From positions 1 through 41,132 of the forward strand of contig NW_021831935.1 in assembly GCF_006345805.1 (NCBI RefSeq): a stretch of DNA of 41,132 nt, in the 5' to 3' direction. Below, piece after piece: positions 35,734-41,132 of this stretch. Below the pieces are notes generated by a model. It ran no database searches. It was not told the origin of the DNA and worked only from the letters and a program-made list of their open reading frames with translations. How positions within the stretch are numbered: the stretch's first letter is position 1; the number at the start of each line of letters is the position of its first letter. This DNA is from Octopus sinensis. Taxonomy: Eukaryota. The translations under genes and the position numbers were made by a program.

Positions 35734-35980
35734 GGCGAAACTTTAAGTCGCACAGAGCCAAATCAAACTGTCTAAAATAGTAATAAAAGGGGTTTCAATA
35801 AGATATACTTTATATATCGTCATTCAGTCGTTAAACTGCAGCACAGCCCTGAGGAATTTTCAGTCGGATGGATTGACACTAGTACTTATATTTTGTTAAA
35901 CCTGGTACTTATTCGATAGGTTTCTTTGACTAAGAGGATAAGCTACGATAACGTAGACACACCAACACCGGTTTCCAGTT

Positions 35981-36388
35981 GAGCTGGCAGAAACGTTAGC
36001 ACGCCGGGCGAAATGCTTTGCGGTATTTCGTCTGTCGTTACGCTGTGAGTTCAAATTCCGCCGAGGTCGACTTTGCCTTTCATCCTTTCGGGGTCGATAA
36101 ATTAAGTACTAGTTACGCACTGGGGTCGATGTAATCGACTTAATACCTATGTCTGTCCTTGTTTGTCCCCTCTAAGTTTAGCCCCTTGTGGGCAGTAAAG
36201 AAATAGGTATTTCGTCTGTCTTTACATTCTGAGTTCAAATTCCACTGAGGTTGACTTTGCCTTTCATCCTTTCGGGGTCGATAAATTAAGTATCAGTTAC
36301 GCACTGGGGTCGATGTAATCGACTTAATGCCTATGTCTGTCCTTGTTTGTCCCATCTATTACCTTGTGGGTAATAAAGAAATAGGTAC
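35981..36388 (+). mobile_element. SINE-A head-to-tail dimer
   Basis: Units start at 36023 and 36207 (184 bp apart) with junction AAAGAAATAG|GTATTTCG; ends AAATAGGTA. Confidence 0.9.
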
Positions 36389-36769
36389 TTGTAAATAGAC
36401 TGACACAACGACACACACAATGAGATGTATACGTATATATAGCACGGGCTTCTTTCAGCTTTCGTCTACCAAATCCACTCAACCGAGGCAACGATAGAAG
36501 ACATATGCCTAATGTGCCACGCAGTGGCATTAAACCCATTCAGTATATACATACATGCACACACACACACATGTATATATGCATGTATGTGATATGTATA
36601 TATATATATATTATATATATATATATAATATGTAGGTATGTCAGGTGCATATATTTTATACGTAACAGACTCACACACAAGCACACGTATATAATGTGGA
36701 TATGTGATATGTATATATGTGTGTGTGTGTATATATGTATATATACGTACGTATATATATATATATATA

Positions 36770-37172
36770 CTCCTTTTACTCTTTTTACTTGTTTCAGTCA
36801 TTTGACTGCGGCCATGCTGGAGCACCGCCTTTAGTCGAGCAAATCGACCCCAGGACTTATTCTTTGTAAGCCCAGTACTTATTCTATCGGTCTCTTTTGC
36901 CGAACCGCTAAGTGACGGGGACGTAAACACACCAGCATCGGTTGTCAAGCAATGCTAGGGGAACAAACACAGACACACACACTTATATATATATATATAC
37001 ATATATACGACAGGCTTCTTTCAGTTTCCGTCTACCAAATCCACTCACAAGGCATTGGTCGGCACGGGGCTATACCAGAAGACACTTGCCCAAGGTGCTA
37101 CGCAGTGGGACTGAACCCGGAACCATGTGGTTGGTAAGCAAGCTACTTACCACACAGCCGTTCCTGCGCCTA
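36770..37172 (-). mobile_element. SINE-B full length; a partial head also lies at about 36440-36545 (minus)
   Basis: Reverse complement collinear with 30775-31172. Confidence 0.88.
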
Positions 37173-37230
37173 TACACATGTGTATATGACGGGCTTCTTT
37201 CAGTTTCCGTCTACCAAATATATATATATA

Positions 37231-37565
37231 GTGCCAAAGATTCCAACTTTACCATCAAAATACAGGTCCAGACACTGCAACAGCTTCGGTTTCAGAGGAC
37301 CACAGCTCTTTAACATTCTCCCTAAATGCCTGAGAGACTTACATGGTGTGGATGTGGGTTTCTTTAAAACTAAACTGGATCTCTTCTTGTCGGGAGTCCC
37401 AGATGAACCTACCTCACGACAGGACACGCGGATGCGGGCAGCAGCATCGAACTCCCTTGTTGATCAAGCGCCACGTATCAGAGGTGGATTCACATATTAG
37501 TGTAGCTCATTCAGCGGTGGTGCCCCAGCATGGCCGCGGCCTTCGGGCTAAAACATTTTTAAGGA
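37231..37565 (+). mobile_element. Extreme 3' fragment of the CR1-like LINE family of 24372-28451
   Basis: PKIPTLPSKYRSRHCNSFGFRGPQLFNILPKCLRDLHGVDVGFFKTKLDLFLSGVPDEPTSRQDTRMRAAASNSL and tail GGTGGTGCCCCAGCATGGCCGCGGCC. Confidence 0.9.
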
Positions 37566-37594
37566 TTTATATATATATATATATTTTATATATA

Positions 37595-37629
<35 letters not shown>

Positions 37630-37659
37630 CACACATGCACACACACACACATAGGCGCA

Positions 37660-38263
37660 CGTAAACACACCAGCATCGGTTGTCAAGCGATGTTGGGGAG
37701 ACAAACACAGACACACAAACACACACATATCTATACATATATATACGACGGGCTTCTTTAAGTTTCCGTCTACCAAATCCACTCACAAGGCTTTGGTCGG
37801 CCCGAGGCTATAGTAGAAGACACTTGCCCAAGGTGCCACGCAGTGGGACTGAACCCGGAACCATGTGGTTGGTTAGCAAGCTACTTACCACACAGCCACT
37901 CTTGCGCCTATATATATATATGATGGGCTTCTTTCAGTTTCCGTCTACCAAATCCACTCACAAGGCTTTGGTCGGCCCGAGGCTATAGTAGAAGACACTT
38001 GCCCAAGGTGCCCCGCAGTGGGACTGAACCCGGAACCATGTGGTTGGTTAGCAAGCTACTTACCACACAGCCACTCTTGCGCCTATATATATATATATAT
38101 GATGGGCTTCTTTAAGTTTCCGTCTACCAAATCCACTCACAAGGCTTTGGTCGGCCCGAGGCTATAGTAGAAGACACTTGCCCAAGGTGCCCCGCAGTGG
38201 GACGGAACCTGGAACCCTGTGGTTGGTGAGCAAGCTACTTAGCACACAGCCACTCTTGCGCCT
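37660..38263 (-). mobile_element. SINE-B 5' module repeated three times in tandem, linked by (TA)n
   Basis: GGGCTTCTTT...GCGCCT units at about 37746-37910, 37922-38083 and 38101-38263. Confidence 0.9.
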
Positions 38264-38345
38264 GTATTTTGCAAGAATAATTATTATTCGATTTGTCTTA
38301 AACCTTTATTTATAGTCGACACCTTTCTAAAAGGTATCCTAAAAT

Positions 38346-38400
38346 CGTTAAAAATGTTTTAGCCCGAAGGCCGCGGCCATGCTGGGGCACCACCGCTGAG
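38346..38400 (-). mobile_element. About 55-bp isolated CR1-like LINE 3' tail
   Basis: Reverse complement CAGCGGTGGTGCCCCAGCATGGCCGCGGCCTTCGGGCTAAAACATTTTTAA is essentially identical to 37512-37563. Confidence 0.85.
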
Positions 38401-38489
38401 AATTGCTACATGCAAAGAAAATGTAATCTAAGAAAGTATTGAATGTTTTTAATGTGAAATTATTTTTTCTAAATTGATATAAAAACAAA

Positions 38490-39005
38490 CATACACGTGT
38501 GTGTGTGTATATATGTATATATGTGTGTGTATATATATGTATATATATATATGTGTATATGTGTGTATATGTGTATATGTGTATATATGTAATATATATG
38601 TATATATATATATATGTATGTATATATGTATGTATATATATGTATATATATATTATACATATGTATATATATATGTATATATATATATATGTATATATAC
38701 GTTTATATATGTATATATATATGTATATATATGTATATGTATGTATATATATGTATATGTATGTATATATATGTATATGTATGTATATATATGTATATGT
38801 ATGTATATATATGTATATGTATGTATATATATGTATGTATATGTATGTGTATATGTATGTATATGTATATATATGTATATGTATGTATATATATGTGTAT
38901 ATGTATGTATATATATGTGTATATATATGTGTATATATATGAATATATATATGTATGTATATGTATATATGTATATGTATGTATATGTATATATATGTAT
39001 ATATA
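38490..39005. repeat. (TA)/(TATG) satellite with a local 20-bp period (GTATATATATGTATATGTAT)
   Basis: Direct reading of 38720-38830. Confidence 0.9.
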
Positions 39006-39351
39006 ACTAATGCATGCATGTAAACTAGAGAACCACCCTTTTGTAGCAATTCAACAATGATATGCGTAAAATATATCATATAGAAAAAAATTAAATATAC
39101 GATAAAACACTTACCTACAACTAAATAAATTACGAACTACGTGGTATGATGATTTAAGTATATCATTGTTGAATTGCAACATGGGGGTTCTTCTCTGAAT
39201 TATATATACATGTATTATATGCACACAAACACACCCATGTAAATGTATATATAAGCACACACACTACACATATATATACATAAGTAGATATACTTATGCA
39301 TTATTTTATATGTATGTAAATATATATGCACACACATATACACCCATGTCT

Positions 39352-39388
<37 letters not shown>

Positions 39389-39564
39389 CACATACATATA
39401 TACATATATATATATATTATATATATATATATATATATCTATATATATATATATATGTACTTATATGTGTATATATATAAACATATGTATAAATATATAT
39501 ATACATACATGTATATATACATAAATATATATGTAAAGATATATATACATAAATATATATATAT

Positions 39565-39748
39565 GTATACTCTTTACTCTTTTACTTGTTTCAGTCATTT
39601 GACTGCGGCCATGCAGGAGCACCGCCTTTAGTCGAGCACCTCGACCCCGGGACTTATTCTTTTTGTAAGCCCAGTACTTAGTCTATTGGTCTCGTTTGCT
39701 GAACCGCTAAGTGACGGGTGTTTAAAAACACCAGCATCGGTTGTCAAA
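39565..39748 (-). mobile_element. SINE-B 3' half
   Basis: TTTTACTTGTTTCAGTCATTTGACTGCGGCCATGCAGGAGCACCGCC...CACCAGCATCGGTTGTCAA. Confidence 0.85.
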
Positions 39749-39749
39749 A

Positions 39750-40449
39750 GAGTAAAAGTGTATATATATGTATATATATGTCTGTAAGTATATATATATG
39801 TGTGTATATATATATATATATATGTGTGTATATATATATATGTGTGTAAGTATATATGTGTGTATATATATATATGTGTGTATGTATATATATGCATATA
39901 TATATATGTGTATATGAGTATATATATATATATGTGTGTATGTATATATATGCATATATATATATATGTATATGAGTATATATATATATGTGTATATGAA
40001 TATATATATATATGTATATATGTATATATACAGTTTATAAATGTATATATATAAATGGATATATGTAATATATATATCTATATATATGTATATATATGTA
40101 ATATATATACATATATAGAGAGAGATACTTATTTATATGCATATATATAAATACATATTTTTTCATATGAATATATATATGCAAATATATGCATATATAA
40201 ATGCATACATTTATGTATGTATGCATAAATATATGTATTAGTACATGTGTATAAACATGCATATACATTCATATGAATATATATATGCATGTATATGCAC
40301 ATATAAATGTATGCGCATATAAGTCTGCTTTTATACATATATATATGCATACATATATACATGTATAGTTGTATATATATGTATACATATATGTTTGTAT
40401 ATATATACGTGTATATATATATGCATATTTATATATATATATATATGCA

Positions 40450-40492
<43 letters not shown>

Positions 40493-40981
40493 GCATATGT
40501 ATATATATTTATATATATAAGCATATATGTATAAACATATATATATGTATATATATGCATATGTATATATATTTATACATATGTTGCATATATATGATAT
40601 ATATGCATGTATATACATATGTATGAGTATATGTATATAAAGATGCATATATGCATATATACATGCATTATATATATATACGTATGCATATGTGTTTTTA
40701 TATATACATATATATACACGTGTATATTATATAGGTATATATATGTGTATATATATGCATATATAGATATACATATATTTCTTTTGTTATCTTACTGTTT
40801 TTAGCAATATATGAATTATAAATATATATATATATATATAAATAAATATATATATATATAAATAAATATATATATATATATATATAAATAATATATATAT
40901 ATATAAATAAATATATATATATATATATAAATATTTGTATACATATATGTCTATATATGCATATATAAATATATATATATG

Positions 40982-41012
<31 letters not shown>

Positions 41013-41037
41013 TTGTATACATATGTATGCCAATATA

Positions 41038-41074
<37 letters not shown>

Positions 41075-41132
41075 CTATCTATGCATATGTATATATATAT
41101 TTTGTTTTATATATACATATATGTATATGTAT
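39750..41132. repeat. Degenerate (TA)/(TG)/(TGCA) simple-repeat field
   Basis: Direct reading; source of many YI-rich ORFs. Confidence 0.9.

Overview
This is a eukaryotic, repeat-saturated window. Its SINE families and (TA)n/(TATG)n/(CA)n density look like an octopus or other coleoid cephalopod genome, which is my recognition from memory and not a database result. I found no intact host gene, only one weak candidate exon at 3122-3214 on the minus strand. Most ORFs in the track are microsatellite artefacts or pieces of decayed retroelements. Retroelements present: three RLE-type (R4/Dong-like) LINE fragments, a rearranged Tx1/L1-like LINE, a decayed Gypsy pol, and one near full-length CR1-like LINE plus several CR1-like 3' fragments. 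There are also two Penelope-like elements of different clades, Helitron-like non-autonomous elements, a hairpin MITE and about 20 copies of four modular tRNA-derived SINE types. Highlights: (1) each Penelope-like element carries a type I hammerhead ribozyme motif in its 3' region, one canonical with an extended branched stem II and one with a CUGUUGA core variant; (2) once one TAG is read through, the CR1-like ORF1 has an N-terminal Myb/SANT-like (trihelix) domain plus a CCCH zinc finger; (3) one SINE forms 184-bp head-to-tail multimers with the same junction at two separate loci; (4) LINEs and SINEs share a 3' stem-loop whose stem sequence covaries. Coordinates were counted by eye and element edges are approximate.
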